DNA from: a virus
Taxonomy: Duplodnaviria; Heunggongvirae; Uroviricota; Caudoviricetes
Direction: 5' to 3' (one strand)
IMG/VR virus record: IMGVR_UViG_3300021319_000003
Length of the DNA: 64,000 nucleotides
The notes under the pieces were generated by a model, which saw only the letters and a program-made list of their open reading frames with translations, searched no databases and was not told the DNA's origin. Each line of letters starts with the position of its first letter. Position 1 is the first letter of the stretch. A program made the position numbers and the translations under genes. Shown one piece after another: positions 28,824 to 35,492 of the stretch.

Positions 28824-29267
28824 AACCCATCACAGCAGGAGCGTCTGTGAATATGTCGAGCTCGCACCCAGGAGTCAATAGCCGTGTTAGAGTCCGGCGA
28901 CGTAGAGGTCAAATACTTAGTCATAACAGTAGTGGCACCCCGGTAAGGGGGAGGTGTACGGTGCAAGTCCGTACGGACATTGACAAGAGAGCTTCAGAAC
29001 CTGCAGTAAAGCAGTAAAAATCCTCCGCCCACGTTTGCAACGGGTTTAGGGCGTAAAAGATGTAAGCCAGTCCGGCCGAACGCAATAACCTGCCGATGTG
29101 CACTTCAAGCAGGAAGGGTGCTGCCGCCTTAAGATAAGAAAAGCACCTCACGCGGGAACTTCCGTCGTTCCGCCCGCGTAATTTATTAAAAAGGGGATAA
29201 AAATGAGTTTTCAAGATTGGCTTGATGACGAAGAATTATAAAGTCGGTTATCGCATCTAATATCATG

Positions 29268-29319
29268 TACTCTGGTCTGGTGGCCTTTTGGAAGAAGCAG
29301 GTTCGATTCCTGCAGAGTA
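29268..29319 (+). other. mini tRNA-like minihelix
   Basis: Acceptor TACTCTG/CAGAGTA and T arm CAGG-TTCGATT-CCTG with a ~22-nt internal segment beginning GTCTGG (also found in the 24975 element). Confidence 0.35.
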
Positions 29320-29885
29320 GATACCTCTCTTGGTTGCGACAAGAGCGTAATTGGACAGGCCTGAATTCACCTGTCGGAGCTGAACGAGAAACAGCAAAAA
29401 CACCTGCGCCAACAGGTGATTGGCGTTGCCGCGCCGCGTATTTACTGCTATGCGTAAGAAAGCAGCGTAAACCTGATTGCAGGACTGATCATCCTGAAAA
29501 ATGACTGTACGAAAATCAGTTACCGAAATGACAGGGTTAGATTTCGGCGGATACCATGACAGACCAAGCATCATGGGATGCCGTGACAAGGCAAAGCCGG
29601 TTGTCAAGGACAAGACATAAACCCCAAGACATCACTTAGCTGATGATGCTCTGTCGGGAAGAGTCATATACTAACCAAAAAGCGGGCGGCTATATGCCCC
29701 AGGATACTGCATTAACAGTCGGGTATCAACGCAATTATATAATAAAGGGGCCATCAGTAGTCCACTGCAAAGGACGAGTCTGTAGAATGACGGGTTGGCA
29801 TCCTCCGTTTCGAGCTTCGTAAAAGTATCACGGGAGTTGCGGTAGGATTTGCAGCTACCGCAGCAACATTCCCGTTTATATCATG

Positions 29886-29915
29886 TCCCCAACGAGGTTA
29901 GCGTCTCAGCGGGGA
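29886..29915 (+). repeat. bipartite hairpin, GTTAGCGT-loop variant (family copy 4)
   Basis: Outer stem TCCCC/GGGGA, inner stem GAG/CTC, loop GTTAGCGT. Confidence 0.55.
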
Positions 29916-30177
29916 GGAATCCGTTTTAGTTTACCCTGAGGAATAGGCAATGATGAGTGCGCAATTATCTAACTGAAACAAAGGGTAAATGAGAGCCTGC
30001 AAGGCAACCAGGTGCGGAAATGGTATGCAGAAAACCATAACCTGCCGGAGACTTGACTGGCCGTTATAGATGTCAAGCGCAGAATACCGCGATAGGTGTA
30101 TCGAGGGAGTAGGCGAACTCCCGACGTTAGCAAAAAAACTCACTAGAGACGGCAAAATGCCATGTCGTCTCGATTAA

Positions 30178-30219
30178 GGACCCCTAGCTCAGTTGGTTAG
30201 AAGCCCTGAGGGGTCCACC
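30178..30219 (+). other. tRNA-derived hairpin: acceptor stem GGACCCC/GGGGTCC closed over a D-arm-like loop
   Basis: GGACCCC-TAGCTCAGTTGGTTAGAAGCCCTGA-GGGGTCC-ACC. Its 3' 17 nt, GYCC-GAGGGG-TCCACC, recur at 31048-31064. Confidence 0.4.
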
Positions 30220-30223
30220 TTAC

Positions 30224-30302
30224 CCAGGCGTAGCTAAGTTGGTGGTAGCGGCGGCCTTATAAGCCGTGTCTTACGTGGGTTCAAGTCCCACCGCCTGGAC
30301 CA
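30224..30302 (+). tRNA. tRNA-Ile (anticodon UAU, reads AUA)
   Basis: Acceptor CCAGGCG/CGCCTGG, anticodon stem GCGGC/GCCGT with loop CTTATAA, T arm GTGGG-TTCAAGT-CCCAC, encoded CCA. Confidence 0.75.
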
Positions 30303-30384
30303 TTAATTAATTTGTGAGCACTTTTTGAACTAACATCATGTTTTAAGTTCACACAATAGGTAATGTTGCCTACGGTGATATGAA

Positions 30385-31014
30385 TTGAAATATGTATGTA
30401 AAGTTTGTGGCAATGAATATGAATATGGCCGCAGTAAAGGACACTCAAAAGACATTTGTAACACTTGCAGACAAAACTATAGAAAAAAGCTTTTGAAACA
30501 AAGAGCTGTTAAGTACAAAGGCAGGAAATGTCAGGTATGCGGATACGATAAATGCGAAAATGCATTGGTATTCCATCATCTCGACCCCCAGCAAAAGAAT
30601 TTTGGCATTGGACAAAAATACAATCTCGGCTGGCATCGCTTAAAAAAGGAATTAGACAAATGTGTTCTTCTTTGCGCTAACTGCCATGCCGAAGAACATG
30701 CTAAAGGACAGCACAAACTTAATGAATACGAAAAATGGATTGTTCCACTAAAAGAAAGAGTTCGTATAGCAGAAGAAAAAGTTGCAAAAAAAGCGATGGA
30801 AAAAGAAAAATTCTGTAACCATTATGATGTCGATGAAGCGGTCTTAGGAAATATACGTCCCTGGGCAAGAAAGACGGTGCGTCCAACGAAAGAAGAATTC
30901 TTCAAAGAGTATGAAGAAGTTGGTCGCAACAAATCTGAGATGGGACGGCGCTATGGCGTTTCTGGTAAGGCCATAGCAAAATGGATAAAGTCGTACGAAA
31001 AGTATGGCGCATAA
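30385..31014 (+). CDS. HNH homing-type endonuclease with C-terminal HTH
   Basis: HNH core FHHLDP...NLGW...LLCANCH and N-terminal Cys pairs. C-terminal RRYGVSGKAIAKWI is HTH-like. Confidence 0.75.
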   Translation: MKYVCKVCGNEYEYGRSKGHSKDICNTCRQNYRKKLLKQRAVKYKGRKCQVCGYDKCENALVFHHLDPQQKNFGIGQKYNLGWHRLKKELDKCVLLCANCHAEEHAKGQHKLNEYEKWIVPLKERVRIAEEKVAKKAMEKEKFCNHYDVDEAVLGNIRPWARKTVRPTKEEFFKEYEEVGRNKSEMGRRYGVSGKAIAKWIKSYEKYGA

Positions 31015-31020
31015 ACAAAA

Positions 31021-31064
31021 TCAGTGGACGCGGGTCCTCGGTTCAAGTCCGAGGGGGTCCACCA
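31021..31064 (+). other. tRNA 3' half (variable region + T arm + acceptor 3' strand + CCA)
   Basis: GGGTC-CTCGG-TTCAAGT-CCGAG-GGGGTCC-ACCA. The acceptor 3' strand is complementary to GGACCCC at 30178. Confidence 0.4.
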
Positions 31065-31303
31065 TATGGAATAAGCAAGGCGAAAGCCTTGTAAGTTCCT
31101 CTCCTTTTTCTAAGAAACAAACAAAATAGCGAGCGCTCTGAACTTCGGTTCAGGCGCCCGTAGAGCTCTTAATAAAGATTGAGAGTTGTACGGGCGAAAG
31201 CCTTTTTAGCTATTGTTCAAGAAACAACTGCGCTCAGACAGTATAACATTCTGGGTAGTGCTTCGGTGTGCTGTGCACGAAAGGAATACAGCCTTCCACT
31301 TAT

Positions 31304-31361
31304 GAGGGGTCGTTGAGAGGCGGGCGCAATGCGTCGCAGGTTCGAACCCTGCCGTCCCTCA
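31304..31361 (+). other. mini tRNA-like minihelix
   Basis: Acceptor GAGGGGTC/CGTCCCTC and T arm GCAGG-TTCGAAC-CCTGC with only about 24 nt between them. Confidence 0.35.
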
Positions 31362-31365
31362 TCTT

Positions 31366-31448
31366 AGGGGTATAGCCAAGTTGGTTAAGGCGGGAGCCTT
31401 TGAAGCTCCGATTTACTTACACTGGTTCGAGTCCAGTTACCCCTGCCA
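31366..31448 (+). tRNA. tRNA-Gln-like (anticodon UUG), 11-nt variable region
   Basis: Acceptor AGGGGTA/TACCCCT, anticodon stem GGAGC/GCTCC with loop CTTTGAA, T arm ACTGG-TTCGAGT-CCAGT, encoded CCA. Confidence 0.55.
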
Positions 31449-31482
31449 TCATCTTCAAAATCAGGCTAACGTCTGACGATGA
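31449..31482 (+). repeat. bipartite hairpin, GCTAACGT-loop variant (family copy 5)
   Basis: Outer stem TCATC/GATGA, inner stem TCAG/CTGA, loop GCTAACGT. Begins at the nucleotide after the tRNA-Gln CCA. Confidence 0.6.
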
Positions 31483-31783
31483 AGGAAAAGAACGCTGGTA
31501 TATTGGCGTCGGCTTTTCCCGTATGATAAAGATACGGACAAGTCATATGGCCATATATCGGCACCGGCAAAAGCTCAAAACAAAAGTGAGTAGCCGGGGC
31601 AAGACCGGGACACCTTCCGGACTTTATTATGTACATCGAGTTGAATATTTTTATGCGTATTATCCAAAGAGTTAGGTGTAGCTCCCGACTCGATGCGGCG
31701 AAGAGAGGATAAGATGCATAGTGAAGATATCTACAAAGGGCAACCGCTTAGTCGAGCTCCCTGCGAACCGGATATCTATCATC

Positions 31784-31868
31784 CGCGTGTAGCTCAGTGG
31801 TGGCAGCGCCTGCTTTGGGAGCAGGAGGCCGCAGGTTCGAATTCTGTCATCCCGACCAATATTATCAT
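31784..31868 (+). other. degenerate tRNA-Pro-like element (anticodon UGG)
   Basis: Anticodon arm CCTGC-TTTGGGA-GCAGG and T arm present, but the acceptor stem does not pair. The overlapping ORF 31693-31938 is judged spurious. Confidence 0.3.
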
Positions 31869-32025
31869 GGCAGTGTCGGCTATATTAAGTTTTCTGGTTG
31901 CAAACAGGACTCTTAACGAAATGGTTGCGCCGATATAAAACAGAACATGCCTATAACACTGGTTGCAAACAGTTTATAGGTGATGCTGGTTGCGGGTTCG
32001 ATTCCCGCCACTGCCCCTTATTATG

Positions 32026-32038
32026 GCTTGGTAGTCTA
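32026..32038 (+). other. 5' fragment of split tRNA-Cys (acceptor GGCTTGG + TA + GTCT)
   Basis: GGCTTGG is the exact complement of the CCAAGCC acceptor 3' strand at 33691-33697. GTCT can pair with AGGC at 33647-33650 as the D stem. Confidence 0.5.
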
Positions 32039-32039
32039 G

Positions 32040-32342
32040 TCAATAACCCCCGTCTAGCGCTTTGCGCTTGAAGGCGGGAGCTTGCGAAAGCAAGCTCTTA
32101 CCGACTAGCCTAAGTCCGGTATTAGACAAGTGCTTGAAAAAGCCTCGGACTACGTTGTTTTCGTTATCACACCCGTGGGTGTTTATCCTAGCTCCCCGCT
32201 CTGTGTAGGCTCTGTAAAAGTTCTGAGAGGAGGAACGGTCAACCTAAGGACGGCCCGCCATTGCGGGCAAGCGATTACAACATTGGCGAAGGGTAGATTT
32301 ACTCTAATTTGAAGCTTCAGCTTCGGAAAGGAGGTACACGTT
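32040..32342 (+). ncRNA. putative IscB omega RNA
   Basis: ORF-free, hairpin-rich region (for example GCGCTTTGCGC and GGGAGCTTGCGAAAGCAAGCTCTT) directly 5' of iscB, which is where IscB guide RNAs are encoded. Confidence 0.45.
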
Positions 32343-33611
32343 ATGTTCGTGTACGTTATCAATAAAAACGGACAACCGTTAATGCCTTGTAAACCTCAGA
32401 AAGCTAGAAAGCTGCTGAGGGAAAACAAAGCTATGGTTGTAAAATATGAGCCGTTTACAATTAAGTTGAAATATGGCTCAGCTGGCTATAAACAGCCAAT
32501 AACTCTTGGTATTGATGCTGGCTCTGTACATATCGGAGCCTCAGCATCAACAGAGAAACAAGAATTATATGCTTCAGAAACGATTATGCGCTCTGGTGAT
32601 GGCAAAGCATCTATTGTAAGGCTTTTGGCTAAACGGTTAGAACTTCGTCACAGTCGCCGGAACCGCAAGACACGGTATCGCAAAGTAAGATTTTTGAATC
32701 GGGTTCGCCGTAAACACAAAGGTTGGCTTGCGCCAAGCGTGGAGAACAAAATCAATGTTCATCTAAAGCTTGTGGCGGATATCCATAAGATTCTTCCGGT
32801 AACGAAAGTTATTGTAGAAGTAGCTCAATTCGATATTCAGAAAATCAAGAATCCTGATATTTCTGGGGTCGAATATCAGCAGGGAGAACAGTTTGGATGG
32901 GCGAATGTTCGTGAATACGTATTATTCCGTGATGGTCATCAATGTCAGTGCTGTAAAGGGAGTTCTGGCGACCCAATACTCAATGTACATCATATTGAAA
33001 GTCGTATGACTGGAGGCAATGCGCCGAATAACCTGATAACGCTTTGTGAAACCTGCCATCAGGGATATCATCAAGGCAATATCTCTTTACCGAAGACAAT
33101 ACATCGTGGCATGAGATTCCGAGACGCGACTTTCATGGGAATTATGCGTTGGGCTTTTTACAACAAGCTTAAAGAGCAATATCCTGATGTGCATTTAACA
33201 TACGGCTACATCACGAAAAACACTCGCATCAAAAATGGTATTACAAAAACACATTCGGCAGACGCCTACTGTATTGCGGGCAATATCAATGCAGAACGGC
33301 TCAACTACGAATATCTTCGTAAACAAATTCGTCGGCATAACCGTAAGTTGCATCGCGAAGTGCCAGCAAAAGGCGGCGTTCGTAAGCGAGCACAAGCCGG
33401 ACATATTGTTCGGGGGTTCTGCTTAAATGACACAGTGTTTTATCAAAAGCAATGCTGGTTTGTGAGAGGTATGAGAGTCAAAGGTTCTTTTGTCTTAAAG
33501 CACCTAGACGGAACTAAGGCTGAAGTAGCACCATCAAAAATAACATTTTTGATGCATAATAATTCGTATTTAGTCGAAAGGAGAGAAGCGGCGCTCACCT
33601 CCACTCTGTAG
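32343..33611 (+). CDS. iscB: IscB OMEGA nuclease (RuvC-HNH, Cas9-ancestor family)
   Basis: N-terminal PLMP motif (NGQPLMPCKP), RuvC-I ITLGIDAGSVHIGAS, arginine-rich bridge RRNRKTRYRKVRFLNRVRRK, HNH HHIESRMTGGNAPNNLITLCETCH, and C-terminal RuvC-III (HSADAYCIAG). 422 aa. Confidence 0.8.
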   Translation: MFVYVINKNGQPLMPCKPQKARKLLRENKAMVVKYEPFTIKLKYGSAGYKQPITLGIDAGSVHIGASASTEKQELYASETIMRSGDGKASIVRLLAKRLELRHSRRNRKTRYRKVRFLNRVRRKHKGWLAPSVENKINVHLKLVADIHKILPVTKVIVEVAQFDIQKIKNPDISGVEYQQGEQFGWANVREYVLFRDGHQCQCCKGSSGDPILNVHHIESRMTGGNAPNNLITLCETCHQGYHQGNISLPKTIHRGMRFRDATFMGIMRWAFYNKLKEQYPDVHLTYGYITKNTRIKNGITKTHSADAYCIAGNINAERLNYEYLRKQIRRHNRKLHREVPAKGGVRKRAQAGHIVRGFCLNDTVFYQKQCWFVRGMRVKGSFVLKHLDGTKAEVAPSKITFLMHNNSYLVERREAALTSTL

Positions 33612-33639
33612 AGGGTGGAGTCCCCCGCGCCGCGTTTTA

Positions 33640-33701
33640 AGTGGTTAGGCAACGGTCTGCAAAACCGTTTCACGCCGGTTCGATCCCGGCCCAAGCCTCC
33701 A
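33640..33701 (+). tRNA. tRNA-Cys (anticodon GCA), 3' portion of a gene split by the IscB element
   Basis: Anticodon stem ACGGT/ACCGT with loop CTGCAAA, T arm GCCGG-TTCGATC-CCGGC, acceptor 3' CCAAGCC + T + CCA. The 5' acceptor half lies at 32026. Confidence 0.55.
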
Positions 33702-33707
33702 TATCAT

Positions 33708-33784
33708 GTGGTTGTAGCTCAGTTGGATAGAGCAGCCGCCTCCTAAGCGGCAGGTCGTGCGTTCAAATCGCACCAATCACACCA
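33708..33784 (+). tRNA. tRNA-Arg (anticodon CCU)
   Basis: Acceptor GTGGTTG/CAATCAC, anticodon stem GCCGC/GCGGC with loop CTCCTAA, T arm GTGCG-TTCAAAT-CGCAC, encoded CCA. Confidence 0.8.
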
Positions 33785-33790
33785 TATTAT

Positions 33791-33877
33791 GCGCCTATGA
33801 TGGAATTGGCAGACATGGGAGATTCAAAATCTCCTGGTAGTGATACCGTGCAAGTTCAAGTCTTGCTAGGCGCACCA
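33791..33877 (+). tRNA. tRNA-Leu (anticodon CAA)
   Basis: Acceptor GCGCCTA/TAGGCGC, anticodon stem GGAGA/TCTCC with loop TTCAAAA, long variable arm, encoded CCA. Spacer ATATTATG to neighbouring tRNAs. Confidence 0.8.
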
Positions 33878-33883
33878 TATTAT

Positions 33884-33960
33884 GCCCTTCTAGCCCAATT
33901 GGCAGAGGCAACCGGTTTAAGCCCGGTACAGTCAGAGTTCGAATCTCTGGAGGGGCACCA
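33884..33960 (+). tRNA. tRNA with anticodon UAA (Leu codon UUA) but class I short variable arm
   Basis: Acceptor GCCCTTC/GAGGGGC, anticodon stem ACCGG/CCGGT with loop TTTAAGC, 5-nt variable region, T arm CAGAG-TTCGAAT-CTCTG, encoded CCA. Confidence 0.65.
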
Positions 33961-33966
33961 TATTAT

Positions 33967-34063
33967 GGGAAACGTCAGGTGGCGGAAAAGAGCATTCGGG
34001 TTCGATTCCCGACGCCCTGCGGGGTCCGTGGTGGTCAGCCTGGTTCGAGTCCAGGGTTTCCCT
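33967..34063 (+). tRNA. tRNA-Ser-like (anticodon CGA), 97 nt with long variable arm
   Basis: Acceptor GGGAAAC/GTTTCCC, anticodon arm TCGGG-TTCGATT-CCCGA, long GC-rich variable arm, T arm CCTGG-TTCGAGT-CCAGG. No encoded CCA. Confidence 0.5.
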
Positions 34064-34085
34064 TTATAAGGAGTTCCTACATTGG

Positions 34086-34140
34086 ACAGTAAGAGCGGGT
34101 TTCGATTCCCGACACGCCGACGGGCGTCCTGGTGGTAATA
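34086..34140 (+). other. pseudo-tRNA fragment (partial duplicate of the tRNA-Ser(CGA)-like anticodon/variable region)
   Basis: GAGCGGGTTTCGATTCCCGACACGCCGACGGGCGTCCTGGTGG aligns with GAGCATTCGGGTTCGATTCCCGACGCCCTGCGGGGTCCGTGGTGG at 33990-34034. Confidence 0.3.
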
Positions 34141-34336
34141 AGTGTTGGTGCGTACAGGCTTCAATTCCGGATGCGAAGTCTGTGCAATTCCAACAGCTCC
34201 AAGTGCGCAAACACTATAAATATGCCTGCTACATGCGGCTGCAGGTATCTTCTTCGGGCGGAGACAATAAATAAACGCCCGAAAGGTCCCGTCAGTGTAG
34301 GGGAACCGTCTGAATACTCATTGCCGCATTTATCAT

Positions 34337-34429
34337 GGACAGGTACTCAAGTGGTTGAAGAGGGTGAGCTTGAACCTCACTAGGTCGCAGTGATGCGGCG
34401 CGCGCGTTCGAATCGTGCCCTGTCCGCCA
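34337..34429 (+). tRNA. tRNA-Ser (anticodon UGA)
   Basis: Acceptor GGACAGG/CCTGTCC, anticodon stem GTGAG/CTCAC with loop CTTGAAC, long variable arm, T arm GCGCG-TTCGAAT-CGTGC, encoded CCA. Confidence 0.75.
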
Positions 34430-34456
34430 GTAATTATATAAGGGGGAGTTTTCACA

Positions 34457-34582
34457 ATGATGAGAGCAATGATTCTTTGTCTTACAGTTGCTTTTATTGG
34501 CTTGTTTGTATTCTTCGGAATTCATTATGCCAATGAAGTAGGACGTGAGATTAAGGATACCCTAAAAAAGTTGTTCGGCTAA
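34457..34582 (+). CDS. small membrane peptide (41 aa)
   Basis: MMRAMILCLTVAFIGLFVFFGIHY... with GGGGGAG ribosome-binding site. Below the ORF-track cutoff. Confidence 0.35.
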   Translation: MMRAMILCLTVAFIGLFVFFGIHYANEVGREIKDTLKKLFG

Positions 34583-34610
34583 AAAGCCGGGAAAGAGGAG
34601 GAATTATATT

Positions 34611-35492
34611 TTGGAAAACAAAGGTCTTGGTTTGGTAGGAATCTTAGGCGCCATGGCACTGTTTGCGGTGATTGCGTTTCTTTGCGTAACACGCATCGGT
34701 CCGGGCTATGCAGGAGTCATCTATAACATGGATGGCGGCATTGAAAGCGAAACGCTCGGTCAGGGTTTCCATATGGTAGCACCGTGGAAACACGTGAGCG
34801 AATATCCGATATCCACGGAAACCGTGTACTACACGAAAAATTCTGTAGATGGCGACGATAAGGACAAGAAAACCGATAAGTCCGTCAATGTAAACACACG
34901 GGATGGCAAACAGGTCAACGTTTCGGTAACGTATGCTTACCATATGGATCCGGAGAAGCTTCCGACCGTTTTTGCTAAGTTCCGCGGCCAGGACATTAAA
35001 TCGATTGAATCAGGGTACATGAAGAATGCCATGTACGAAGCGCTCAATAATATCACCTCCCAGTATTCTTTGATGGAACTGGTAGGCGATAAGCGTCCTG
35101 AAATCAACCAGAAGATTTACGAAACGTTCAAGGCTGACCTTGAAGATTGCGGTATTGTAATTGAGACTTTCAATCTGTCTGACGTGGTGCCAGATGAGGC
35201 TACGGCAACGGCAATCCAGAACGTTGTAAATGCCCAGAATGCACTCCAGCAGGCCAAGATTGAAAAACAGCAGGCCGAAGTTGAAGCTGAAAAGGCCCGT
35301 GTGGCAGCAAAGGGTAAAGCTGATGCTGCATTGATTGAAGCGGAAGGCCAGGCACAGGCTAACGCCAAGTTGCAACAGTCTTTGACGCCCGGCGTACTCC
35401 AGCAGAATGCAATCTCTAAGTGGGACGGAAAGCTCCCTCAGATTAGCGGTCAGAACGGCGGTTTCATCCTTGGAGCCGACTTCTTGAAGTAA
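34611..35492 (+). CDS. SPFH / band-7 (prohibitin-stomatin-HflK/C) family membrane protein
   Basis: N-terminal TM helix followed by an SPFH-like core (GYAGVIYNMDGG...) and a C-terminal Ala/Gln-rich coiled coil. AGAGGAGGAATTATATTTTG ribosome-binding site. Confidence 0.8.
   Translation: MENKGLGLVGILGAMALFAVIAFLCVTRIGPGYAGVIYNMDGGIESETLGQGFHMVAPWKHVSEYPISTETVYYTKNSVDGDDKDKKTDKSVNVNTRDGKQVNVSVTYAYHMDPEKLPTVFAKFRGQDIKSIESGYMKNAMYEALNNITSQYSLMELVGDKRPEINQKIYETFKADLEDCGIVIETFNLSDVVPDEATATAIQNVVNAQNALQQAKIEKQQAEVEAEKARVAAKGKADAALIEAEGQAQANAKLQQSLTPGVLQQNAISKWDGKLPQISGQNGGFILGADFLK

Larger units (their letters stand above)
32039..33640 (+). mobile_element. IscB-encoding IS200/IS605-family (OMEGA) element inserted in tRNA-Cys
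   Basis: Roughly 1.6 kb lies between the 5' and 3' parts of a tRNA-Cys(GCA). It contains a structured ~300-nt ORF-free leader followed by the iscB ORF. Boundaries are approximate. Confidence 0.6.

Noticed and set aside
24825-30155. Track ORFs inside the RNA island, such as 24825-25151, 25435-25731, 25996-26319, 26589-26828, 28921-29214 and 29263-29613
   Set aside because: They are on mixed strands, overlap each other and overlap tRNA-like or tmRNA sequences. They have no ribosome-binding sites and give proline/arginine-rich translations typical of GC-rich structured RNA read in frame.
31693-31938. ORF 31693-31938 (81 aa)
   Set aside because: It overlaps a tRNA-Pro-like element and the CTGGTTGCAAACAG repeats. 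It has no ribosome-binding site and is probably noncoding.
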